A stretch of DNA of 62,828 bases from a virus (Duplodnaviria > Caudoviricetes): IMG/VR virus record IMGVR_UViG_3300003873_000011, positions 1 through 62,828 of that record, one strand, 5' to 3'. The position numbers were made by a program, and so were the translations under genes. How positions within the stretch are numbered: position 1 is the stretch's first letter; every line of letters begins with the position of its first letter. Positions 20,222 to 29,375 of this stretch are shown in pieces. A model generated the notes under the pieces. The model searched no databases, had not been told where the DNA came from, and saw only the letters and a program-made list of their open reading frames with translations.

Positions 20222-23200
20222 ATGTCTTGTAAAATCAAAGAATTCAGAGAAAAGATAAATATTAAGATTAATGGGTTGTCTGCTAAAGAACAGACTAAGT
20301 ACACCTCTCTCTTAGGTAAGTTGGAAGCATTAACTAACCCTAAAGAAGAAAAAGGACAAACTAAATTAGAAGAGATTGTTAATCTATCCGAAAAAGACTT
20401 TAATAAAAAATACCCTAACATTAATATTAGTAGTGGATACACTGTAAAATCTAGCTCTAAAGTTACTAAATCTAAGCCTACTATAAGAGCTTCATTAGCA
20501 GCTAAACTTAAATCAGGTCACACTATCTCTACTAAGTCTTTAGCTACACTATCACAAGAAGATCAGTACGATACTTTAACTGAAGCTCTTTCTACTTTTA
20601 GTACCAATAAGATAACTAATGTTAACCTATCTAACTCTATCCGTAATAGTACTTTACCTGATAGAGTAAGGGATGTACTACTTCATGACTTAGCTAGTAA
20701 ACCTACTGAACTTGGAGCTATTAAGAGTGGTGAGAATATTATCATAGAAGACTCTACTCAAGACTATAACTACAAAGATGATACAGGTGAAAAGATTAAT
20801 AGAGGTAAATCTCATTTAAAAAAGATTGATCAGTCTAGTAAAAAGGTGAGTGAGTACGTCACTGAGATTGTTACAGATGAAAACTTTATCAGTGCTTTTT
20901 TAAGTGGTGCTATACCAAAAGACTATGACAACAACAAAGTACGTAATGAACAAGATAGACCTTGGCATCTTACAGGCAAGGATAAGGCTGTTAGAACTGA
21001 TTTTATGGATTCTATAAAGATGGCAGTAAAAAATGATAAACTTCCTATGTTCCCATCTAGTGATCCTCTATCTGTATCTAAAGCTACTAGATATGCTACA
21101 TTAGCTCTTGGTGGTATCATTGAAAGTATGAGTTCTAATATAGATAGAACTAAAGACTCTGACATTGATGGGGCTGATTTGATTAGACACTACGCTACTA
21201 GACAAGATACTACTAAGGAGGTTGGTAGAAAGATTGTTCATAGTTATGGTAAGAACATTGTACCTAATACTGAAAAAGGAAGTACTAAAGCTGATGTATC
21301 TAATTACTATATTAAACAAGGTGAAGTTGGACTAGATGTTTTAGATAAAATAGGTTATTTAGACACCGACTACAACCCAGAAGCTGGTGGTACTATATCT
21401 CACTTTGCTGTTGCAGATAGATTGGATATTGCTGGGCAACCTGTCCCTAAGGATATAGAGTTAGATAAAGACTCTATTCTTTTGTTAAAAGGTGTTTCTG
21501 ATAAATTAGAACCTGATGCCCTAGTTAAAGATTCTTCTATTTTCTTTAAAACTAAATTTGATACAATGTTAAAACCTATACTTAAAGCTCTAAATCCAGC
21601 TAGTAGGAAAGATCCATCATCTAGTAGGGTTAAAAAAGGTATTTTTAGTGATACGAATGAGCTTAGTGATACACAGCATAAGGTTATTAAAGATATCCAA
21701 GATATACCTTCAGAGATAGATAATGACTTCTACCAACTACTTAAAAAGGTTGTTGATGTTTCTGGTACTAATAGTGTTTCTCAATTACCTAAAGAACTTG
21801 ACTGGGTTCGTAACTTATTTGGTCTTAACATAAAAGAAAGTGGTATGACTTTCCTAGAAGCTTCTGAGAAAGGTGTTATTATAGGTAGACAAGCTAATGC
21901 TGATGCTTTACTAAATCATATAAGAACTTTAGAAGCTGACAATACTTTAAGCCCTTTTGAGAAAAGACAACAATTCTTTACTTGGTTCTCTGCTAGAAAT
22001 AACAGGATTCACGTCGATAACAACACTCTTAATCCTCAAGCAGATAAGATAGTCTCTAGGTTTATTTTAGGCTCTGTCTATACCACTTCTACTAAAAAAG
22101 AGAATATGGTCTTATTAAATGCTTTATCTGAAACTTTAACAAACAAAGGAGATGACTTTACAATTGACTATGAGGATATTCTATCTCCTAATAACACTAA
22201 AGAGTCTGTCATTTTAGAGGAACTTCTTAGTCGTTATAGTCGAGGTGGGTTACAAGCTTTACTTGAACCTGGTGTTTACGATGTGGAGAAATATGCTAGT
22301 ATTCTTAAGAATGGTGACAGTATTGCTGAGATTATGACTGCATTGCAAGGTGTAATTGATGTTAGAGTAGCTGTCCTTAAGGCACAAAAAGCTAATCCTG
22401 GTAAAGACATACATTGGCAAGATCTTAAAGTTAAGAGTAACTTTGCTCCTGAATTTGATGCTGCTGCTTCTGGTATTGTAAATAAAAATGTTAACTTCCA
22501 AGGTTTTATAGGTTCTAAAAAGGTGTCTAAGGAAGACCAACAAAAAGCTGCTGATGCAGGTAAAAAGGTTTATGAGACTTCAGATGATTTTGATAGACCT
22601 GATAGAATGTCTGAGAAATTAGATAAGTTAGTGTTTGGTAAAGAGGATGCTTATATTGCTCTTGTTACAGAAGTTATGAAAATCATAGATGATAGGAAAA
22701 ACTCTGACCATTTGACACCAGAGGAAGAGAAAAAGAATTTAGCCTCTGCTATGATTTTGCAGTTTATAGCCAAGTCCACTACTGAGTTTGATATTACTAA
22801 GCCTGAGCATAAAGCAGCTATTAGAAATACTGCTAAGTATCCAGTTATGACTAACTCTTATGGACAACTACTTGCTGCATTAAAGAAAGGTCTTGGTGAA
22901 GAGTTAGGTAAAGAACTACTCACAGCTTACCTGAAAGGTAAACCTGGTGAAGTTGATTATGATAATGCTGTATCTGTTTTTAAGGCTTTAGATATTGACT
23001 TAGATTCTTTAGGTAATAATTTTAAATCTGCTAAAGCAGTTAGTCTTAAAGTTGGTGAGAACTTTGGCACTATCTTTGGTGATGGACTTAAAATACTCAA
23101 TGCTGATTTAGATGCTGCTCAAAAAGTAGTTGACTCAGCTTATCGCTCTTTAGAGAAAGGTAGAAGTTTTTTAAGAGATGCTGGTGTTGATCACATAATA

Positions 23201-25678
23201 TCCCTTAGAAACCCATTTGATGTTACTCTAAAAGCTACTAGAGAGGTTGACGAAGAGATAGATCCAGATACTAATTTTAGTATTGAAAAACTTAAGTTAA
23301 TGGAACAGGAGATAGTCGGTGTAGCTAATAAAGCTGGTGTTGTACCTACTCAACTTATGACTAACCCTAACAAAACTTCTGGTGGTGTTGTTCCTTTACA
23401 CGCTATAGATAGTGCTATCTTACTTATATCATATATGAGAACTTATAAGCATTTTAGAGATGCTGGACAATTTAAAGGTTTGAATAGTTTGGCTATTCAT
23501 GATGCTATCAAGTCTAATCCTAAGATGTTAATAGAGTTCCAGAAACACTACCATGAAGCTACTTTAGATGTTGGTTTACACTACGATATTATTAGTGAAA
23601 TGAAGATTGAACTTCAGTATACAATAGATAAGATTAAAGAGTTAGGTGGAGATGTTTCTACAGAGAGTACTTTAAACAAATCCCTAGAGGTACTAGGCTA
23701 TAATGAAGGACTTAGGTTAGACTATAAAAAGAATAAGATTGAAGAACTCAGAAACAACCCTAACTTCCATATATTTGGATCTAAAGTTAGAGAGGCTGAC
23801 TTCCCTACTAAACCTATTGATGTTACTAACTATGGTCATTACACTGAGAGAGAGTTTGGTATTCTCTCTTCATATGATAAAAGAATGCAAGATAAAGCTT
23901 ATGAGCTATCTAAAGCCCAGAAAGACCAAAATAAACCTAAGTTTACTCCTAAAGTTAAAGTTGCACATCCTAGTAAAAGATTTGAAAAGTCTGAAGAACA
24001 CTATCAAGATCTAAAGTCTTTAGTTTCTAGTGGTAAACCTTTTGTAGTTTTATCTACTAGAACTAGTAATGATAGACAAATTGGTAATAAAGAGGTTATA
24101 ACTATTGGAGCTTCTATTAGACAAGGTACTAAAGAGATTAGTAAGAAGAGTTTAGTTTTACTTCCATCTGATGAAATAGCCTATGAAAGATCTAACCCTG
24201 AGATTAGTTATGATAGGTTAGCTAAATCTAAATCTCTCAAAGGTGAATTAGAGTACTCATATAAGGATTCTGACGGTAAAGAGGTCAAAGGGTATACTAG
24301 ACATCAAGACAACTCTTCTAAGGCTTTAGATAGCTTTATGAGTGAGTTAAACACTGAAGTCAAATCACTTGATAGTAGTGTAGATAATGTTACTTTAGTT
24401 GGTCATGATATTCTTAATAAAGATAGTAAGGTATTTGCCAATACATCTAAAGAATTTGCTAAACAAAATTTTAAATTAGTAGACACTTTACAAGCATTTA
24501 ACACTTACAACAAAATAACTAAAAAAGATAAGAACTATAACCCACAAAATCCTAATACATTATCTCAAAGTACAATGGGTAAAGAGTTTGGTTCAACCTC
24601 AGCTGATGGTATAGATAATCTCATCACTATTGTAAATAACTTTGGTGGTATAGTTAAAGAGAAAACTAACTCTTTCATCTATGATTTCCAAAAGGCTGTT
24701 GGTGTTGAAGATAAAGCTTCTGAGCTAGGTATTTTACTTGATAGCTTAGAGGATCAAGACCCTGAGAGTAAGACCTATATAGATAATATAAAGTATGCTT
24801 TGGGTACTAAAAATGGTTTAGCTCCTCATCGTAAAGAGTTTAAATATAATATGAAAGACGATCAGATATTTATCAAAGATGATATTACCTTTGATGATAC
24901 TAAGAGTTTTTTAAAGTATATTGATCATGAGATTCAACATAGTGTTACAGCTTCTTATATACATAAATCTTATCGAGGGTTACTTAAAGAAGGTACTAGT
25001 CAATCTTTTAAAGTACTGCAAAATATGTACAGTAGATTATATAACAATATAACCCTTAAAGATGGTGATAAGCCTGAGAGTGATTTTTTAGCTAATGCAC
25101 CAAAACTACCAGGTAATGATATACTAGGTCAATCTGTTAGAGATAGGTTATTGTATATTAAAGATTTTGGTGACCAAGGTGAGAAAGATATAGCCATGTC
25201 TGAGTTTGTAGCTATTTATAGAAGTAATCAAGAATTTAGAAACTATCTTGGTACTAGTCTTATCTTTAAAGAGAAGAAGACAGGAACTTTTATGAAAGCC
25301 ATTAAAGACATTATTAATAAGGCTTATAAAATATTTACTGACTTAGAGCTACAAAATATTACTGTTGGTGTATTTAATACAGCTTTAGATAATCTAGTTA
25401 TTGAGAGTAATGTTAAAGTTAAACCTACTGAAAAAAAGAAAGCTAAAGAGAATAAATCTAAACCTACTGAATCTAAGCCTAAAGAAGATACACTTACACC
25501 CAAGGATAGAATTATAATTAAAGAGTCCGTCATACAAGGTGTTAAAAATTTAGAATTTAAGGCTAGTTCAAGTACTGACTCTAAAGAAGCATTAGATATA
25601 ATTAATGATATATTATCTGACCTCTCTGATAGTTCAGATATAAAGATCCAAGCTAATGACATAACTAAGGAGTGTTGA
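20222..25678 (+). CDS. Split virion RNAP block, part 2: single-subunit (T7/N4-type) RNA polymerase
   Basis: RNNRIH...NPQADK, motif A EFDAAASG, motif B RNTAKYPVMTNSYG (Rx3Kx7YG), PLHAIDS, motif C AIHDA; HEIQH zincin-like motif near C-terminus; Cys only at residue 3 and last residue. Confidence 0.9.
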   Translation: MSCKIKEFREKINIKINGLSAKEQTKYTSLLGKLEALTNPKEEKGQTKLEEIVNLSEKDFNKKYPNINISSGYTVKSSSKVTKSKPTIRASLAAKLKSGHTISTKSLATLSQEDQYDTLTEALSTFSTNKITNVNLSNSIRNSTLPDRVRDVLLHDLASKPTELGAIKSGENIIIEDSTQDYNYKDDTGEKINRGKSHLKKIDQSSKKVSEYVTEIVTDENFISAFLSGAIPKDYDNNKVRNEQDRPWHLTGKDKAVRTDFMDSIKMAVKNDKLPMFPSSDPLSVSKATRYATLALGGIIESMSSNIDRTKDSDIDGADLIRHYATRQDTTKEVGRKIVHSYGKNIVPNTEKGSTKADVSNYYIKQGEVGLDVLDKIGYLDTDYNPEAGGTISHFAVADRLDIAGQPVPKDIELDKDSILLLKGVSDKLEPDALVKDSSIFFKTKFDTMLKPILKALNPASRKDPSSSRVKKGIFSDTNELSDTQHKVIKDIQDIPSEIDNDFYQLLKKVVDVSGTNSVSQLPKELDWVRNLFGLNIKESGMTFLEASEKGVIIGRQANADALLNHIRTLEADNTLSPFEKRQQFFTWFSARNNRIHVDNNTLNPQADKIVSRFILGSVYTTSTKKENMVLLNALSETLTNKGDDFTIDYEDILSPNNTKESVILEELLSRYSRGGLQALLEPGVYDVEKYASILKNGDSIAEIMTALQGVIDVRVAVLKAQKANPGKDIHWQDLKVKSNFAPEFDAAASGIVNKNVNFQGFIGSKKVSKEDQQKAADAGKKVYETSDDFDRPDRMSEKLDKLVFGKEDAYIALVTEVMKIIDDRKNSDHLTPEEEKKNLASAMILQFIAKSTTEFDITKPEHKAAIRNTAKYPVMTNSYGQLLAALKKGLGEELGKELLTAYLKGKPGEVDYDNAVSVFKALDIDLDSLGNNFKSAKAVSLKVGENFGTIFGDGLKILNADLDAAQKVVDSAYRSLEKGRSFLRDAGVDHIISLRNPFDVTLKATREVDEEIDPDTNFSIEKLKLMEQEIVGVANKAGVVPTQLMTNPNKTSGGVVPLHAIDSAILLISYMRTYKHFRDAGQFKGLNSLAIHDAIKSNPKMLIEFQKHYHEATLDVGLHYDIISEMKIELQYTIDKIKELGGDVSTESTLNKSLEVLGYNEGLRLDYKKNKIEELRNNPNFHIFGSKVREADFPTKPIDVTNYGHYTEREFGILSSYDKRMQDKAYELSKAQKDQNKPKFTPKVKVAHPSKRFEKSEEHYQDLKSLVSSGKPFVVLSTRTSNDRQIGNKEVITIGASIRQGTKEISKKSLVLLPSDEIAYERSNPEISYDRLAKSKSLKGELEYSYKDSDGKEVKGYTRHQDNSSKALDSFMSELNTEVKSLDSSVDNVTLVGHDILNKDSKVFANTSKEFAKQNFKLVDTLQAFNTYNKITKKDKNYNPQNPNTLSQSTMGKEFGSTSADGIDNLITIVNNFGGIVKEKTNSFIYDFQKAVGVEDKASELGILLDSLEDQDPESKTYIDNIKYALGTKNGLAPHRKEFKYNMKDDQIFIKDDITFDDTKSFLKYIDHEIQHSVTASYIHKSYRGLLKEGTSQSFKVLQNMYSRLYNNITLKDGDKPESDFLANAPKLPGNDILGQSVRDRLLYIKDFGDQGEKDIAMSEFVAIYRSNQEFRNYLGTSLIFKEKKTGTFMKAIKDIINKAYKIFTDLELQNITVGVFNTALDNLVIESNVKVKPTEKKKAKENKSKPTESKPKEDTLTPKDRIIIKESVIQGVKNLEFKASSSTDSKEALDIINDILSDLSDSSDIKIQANDITKEC

Positions 25679-25682
25679 TTAA

Positions 25683-28600
25683 ATGGCATGTAAGATAAAA
25701 ACTTTAGAGGATATGATTCGTGAAAAGGTTGACTCTTTACGTAGTTCTAAACCTTCTAAAAAAAATGAAGCTGTTATTGCTGAATTAAATGGATTTTTAG
25801 GAGGTTTGCGTACACCTACTAAGCCTCAAGTTGGTCCTAGAGTACCTACTCTTAAAGAAAGAGCTGCTATAGCTAGACTTGAAACACAGAGAGTAGCTAA
25901 AGAGAAGGAATTAGCTTTAGCCCAAGAGAAAGCAGCTGTGGCTTTAAAAGAACAACAACTAGCTAAAGAACTAGAAGCTAAATTAGCTAGAGAACAGAAA
26001 GTTATAGAAGAGAGTAAAAAAGCTAAAGAAGAAGAGGTGCGTAAAGCTGAAGAGGAAGCCTCTAAACTAAAAGAAGAGATTAAAAGTAGTCAAGCAAAAG
26101 CTAGAGCTGCTAAGTTATCTTCAGATAAAGCTATGAGAGAGAGAGATGCTAAAGAAGCTAGAGCCAATAATCTTCTTAGAAGAGAAAAGCTATTAAATGA
26201 AAAGAATAAGGCAATAGCAGCTCAAAAAGAAGTTGACATACTAACTAAAAAAGCTAAGGTTGTGGAAGCTAAGGTTGTTAGACAAGCTAAAGTTACATCT
26301 CTAAAAACTAAAGCTGTTAATGCTATTCAAGCTATTATCTCTAAAATTAAAGAGATTATACGTAGTCTTATCAGCAAAATTAATGGTTTAAAGTTTAAAC
26401 CTAAAAAACAAAAAACTTTTGAAGAGAGTTTACCTGAGTACTACACTAAGCTATTTGATACTATTGATAAAAAACAAAACATAGTACTAGATATGGATAT
26501 AAACTTTGCTAAAAAAGTTATCTATGATGAGATGGTTAAAGGTCAAATGGTTAAAGGTACTGCTTACAAGAATAAGATACATTTACCTGATTTTGAAGCA
26601 CTTAAAGCAGACAAAGGTGAGCTTAAATCCTTTATAAAGACAATTATGGGAGATAAACCTAGTTCTTTGATAACACCTGAGACTATTACTACTCTAATAG
26701 ACCAACATATTGAAGCTGAGAAGAAGCACAGTGTTAAACTGCATGAAGCTATACACGTAGCAACTGTCCAATTTATGAAAGCTAATCCTAATGACCCAAA
26801 AACAGTAGCTATCGAGAGCTTATTTAAAAAGATGCAGATTGAATCTGAAAAAGATGGTAGTATACTGAATTCAGCTAATAATGCATACTGGAAGACCAAT
26901 GTTTTTGAGTTTATTGCTGAAGCTCTTAGTCACGAGGTTCTAATTAAAGAAATGAATAAAATTATGGTAGGTAAAGAAAGTTTACTGCATAGGCTTATTA
27001 ATGTCTTTAGAAGAATTTTAGGTATCACTAATAATAGTGCTACAGATGTTCTGTTGAATACTGTTCTTAAAATGAATGATTTTAAATCTCCGAATAATAA
27101 CTATACTGAAGACTATTTAAAAGTACCTAAAGGCTCTGTTATGGAAATGAATAGGGTTGATGAGTACTTAGGTATGGTTAATTCTAATAAAGGTCATGGT
27201 ACTAATATTTCCGATATAATAGAGAATATTAAATTCTTTGGTGGCCAAGACCAATTTCTCATTAAGGTTGGTAAGACTGAGGGTGAGTTTATGAATTATG
27301 TTAGAGCTAAGTTTGGTGGCAAACCTTTAGCTGATTCAGAAGTTGCAATTGATTCTAAAACTAGGGTTGAATTGGCTAAGATACCTAACACTTTACCTTT
27401 AATGTACTCTAATGATACCTCTAAGACTACTAAAAAAGGTTTGTACATCAATGTGAAAGAACCTATATCTCCTACTGAAACTTACCTAAATGAGTATTTA
27501 AAAGATGTTAAACCTACTGATAGTTTCTTAAATGGGTTAACTCCTAAAGAGCTTTTAGATGGTGTTAAAGGAGTTGTAGATACTTCTTTAGTAAATTCTA
27601 CTAGAGTTAGTATCATTCAGTATAATAACATTAAGGATACTGTTATAAGTACTGTTGCAGAGAGATTTCTTGATGGTAAAGCATTAACTGATGATATTGT
27701 TGAAGATATATCTAATTCTGAGAGTAAGCGTAAAGATGTTACTGTAACCAGAGATAAAGACGGTAACGTCATTAAATTAGATAACTCTAATACAGAGATT
27801 AAAAATAAGAATACTAAGAGTACTACAGAAACTACAGAGGATAATACCAGTATAGATACTTCTGAGAATAATAAAAGTAACACTAAAGAAGTTAGTAGGG
27901 CTACTTCTAATACTGAAAACTCTAATGTAGAGACTAATGAGATTATTAACAGTAACAGTAATTCTGATAGTACCTCGAGAGGCAATTCGTCTACTACTGA
28001 GTATGATATAGATGAGACACACACTATTAAAAATTCTAAGGTTGTTACTAATAAGACTGTAAATCAAAGTGGTACTAATACTTCTGAAGATGGTGGAGGT
28101 AATATCACACATAAATCAGGTACTATAAAAAGGCATTATATTTTAGAGAATTCTTTACAAATTAACACTTTAATTACTAATGGTTCTATTACTCAAGAAC
28201 AAAGATCTTCTAGTAAACCTATACTAGATAATCTCCTTAGTACAGATACTACAACTAAATCAGAAACTTTTGAGTATAAAGGTACTAATATAGATATTAG
28301 TAGTTCTGATGGAGTGAATTACAGTTTTATGATTTATCAAGAAGGTAAAGATTCTTTGCTTGTAGACTTAAAAGAGGGTATTTTAACTAAACTCTTTACT
28401 CCTATTACTAATGAGATATTTCAAGATTTTGAAACAGCTATGAATAAGTTAGGTATTAGTTATTTTGATTTCGATTCTGAGTTTTCTATCGAGAGTAACC
28501 AAAGTAAGTATGATAAAAAGAAGTATGATGAAGCTATGGTTGAGTACAATAAAAGTACTTTTAATGGTGTTGAAATGGCTAAAGATGATGTTTTAAGTAA

Positions 28601-29375
28601 TGTGAAATCAGAACTAAAGAAAGTAAATTCTGCTGTTAATATTGAGTTTGTTGTTGATGGTACTAATTTTAAGTTTGATTCTTCGTACGGCCCTTCTGGA
28701 GGAATATATTTTGAAGCCACTGAACGTAGGAAACCTACTCTAGGTTCTAATTCTAAATTTTTACCAACCCTTCGTTACATCCTACAGTTTGCAGATGCTC
28801 GAAATAAGATAAATACAGATCCTGATAACATTCCCATAGTTAAGGCTTTTAGTGATCTTGGTATTGATGTAAACGCAACTTACAGAGCTTTTTTACCTTT
28901 CGCTAAATCTCAGTATGTGAACTATCATATGCGTAGGTATAAGGAGTCTTCTGTACCTCTTGCTAGTGCTTTAGGTTCTATATCCTCTGAATCTCCTAAG
29001 TTAAGCACCACTAAAATCTCAGGTGATGTGATGTATAGGGTGGAGGTATACCTCTCCAATGGTAAATTGCATACAGCTACCATTGCCGCTCCACTTCCTA
29101 CAGTAGTGAAGTTAAATCCTCGTTACACTATAAATGAATTTATATCTCATGACCTAAATGGTGTTTTAGATAAGTATGATGTAGCCAAACTACCTAATGT
29201 GAATAAGGTACTTAAAGAATTTGGATCTTCTTATGACAAACTTATAAAAGACTATTCTGAGGCTATTAAAAAAGACCCTATAAAAGAGGAAGCTAGTTCC
29301 CTAGTTGTGCAGTCTACTATCAATACCTCCAATACAGAGAATATGGTGTATAATGCTGTAAAAGGATGTAACTAA
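25683..29375 (+). CDS. Split virion RNAP block, part 3 (coiled coil, zincin-like domain, S/T/N-rich tract)
   Basis: HEAIH...EFIAEALS; Cys only at residue 3 and penultimate residue. Confidence 0.65.
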   Translation: MACKIKTLEDMIREKVDSLRSSKPSKKNEAVIAELNGFLGGLRTPTKPQVGPRVPTLKERAAIARLETQRVAKEKELALAQEKAAVALKEQQLAKELEAKLAREQKVIEESKKAKEEEVRKAEEEASKLKEEIKSSQAKARAAKLSSDKAMRERDAKEARANNLLRREKLLNEKNKAIAAQKEVDILTKKAKVVEAKVVRQAKVTSLKTKAVNAIQAIISKIKEIIRSLISKINGLKFKPKKQKTFEESLPEYYTKLFDTIDKKQNIVLDMDINFAKKVIYDEMVKGQMVKGTAYKNKIHLPDFEALKADKGELKSFIKTIMGDKPSSLITPETITTLIDQHIEAEKKHSVKLHEAIHVATVQFMKANPNDPKTVAIESLFKKMQIESEKDGSILNSANNAYWKTNVFEFIAEALSHEVLIKEMNKIMVGKESLLHRLINVFRRILGITNNSATDVLLNTVLKMNDFKSPNNNYTEDYLKVPKGSVMEMNRVDEYLGMVNSNKGHGTNISDIIENIKFFGGQDQFLIKVGKTEGEFMNYVRAKFGGKPLADSEVAIDSKTRVELAKIPNTLPLMYSNDTSKTTKKGLYINVKEPISPTETYLNEYLKDVKPTDSFLNGLTPKELLDGVKGVVDTSLVNSTRVSIIQYNNIKDTVISTVAERFLDGKALTDDIVEDISNSESKRKDVTVTRDKDGNVIKLDNSNTEIKNKNTKSTTETTEDNTSIDTSENNKSNTKEVSRATSNTENSNVETNEIINSNSNSDSTSRGNSSTTEYDIDETHTIKNSKVVTNKTVNQSGTNTSEDGGGNITHKSGTIKRHYILENSLQINTLITNGSITQEQRSSSKPILDNLLSTDTTTKSETFEYKGTNIDISSSDGVNYSFMIYQEGKDSLLVDLKEGILTKLFTPITNEIFQDFETAMNKLGISYFDFDSEFSIESNQSKYDKKKYDEAMVEYNKSTFNGVEMAKDDVLSNVKSELKKVNSAVNIEFVVDGTNFKFDSSYGPSGGIYFEATERRKPTLGSNSKFLPTLRYILQFADARNKINTDPDNIPIVKAFSDLGIDVNATYRAFLPFAKSQYVNYHMRRYKESSVPLASALGSISSESPKLSTTKISGDVMYRVEVYLSNGKLHTATIAAPLPTVVKLNPRYTINEFISHDLNGVLDKYDVAKLPNVNKVLKEFGSSYDKLIKDYSEAIKKDPIKEEASSLVVQSTINTSNTENMVYNAVKGCN

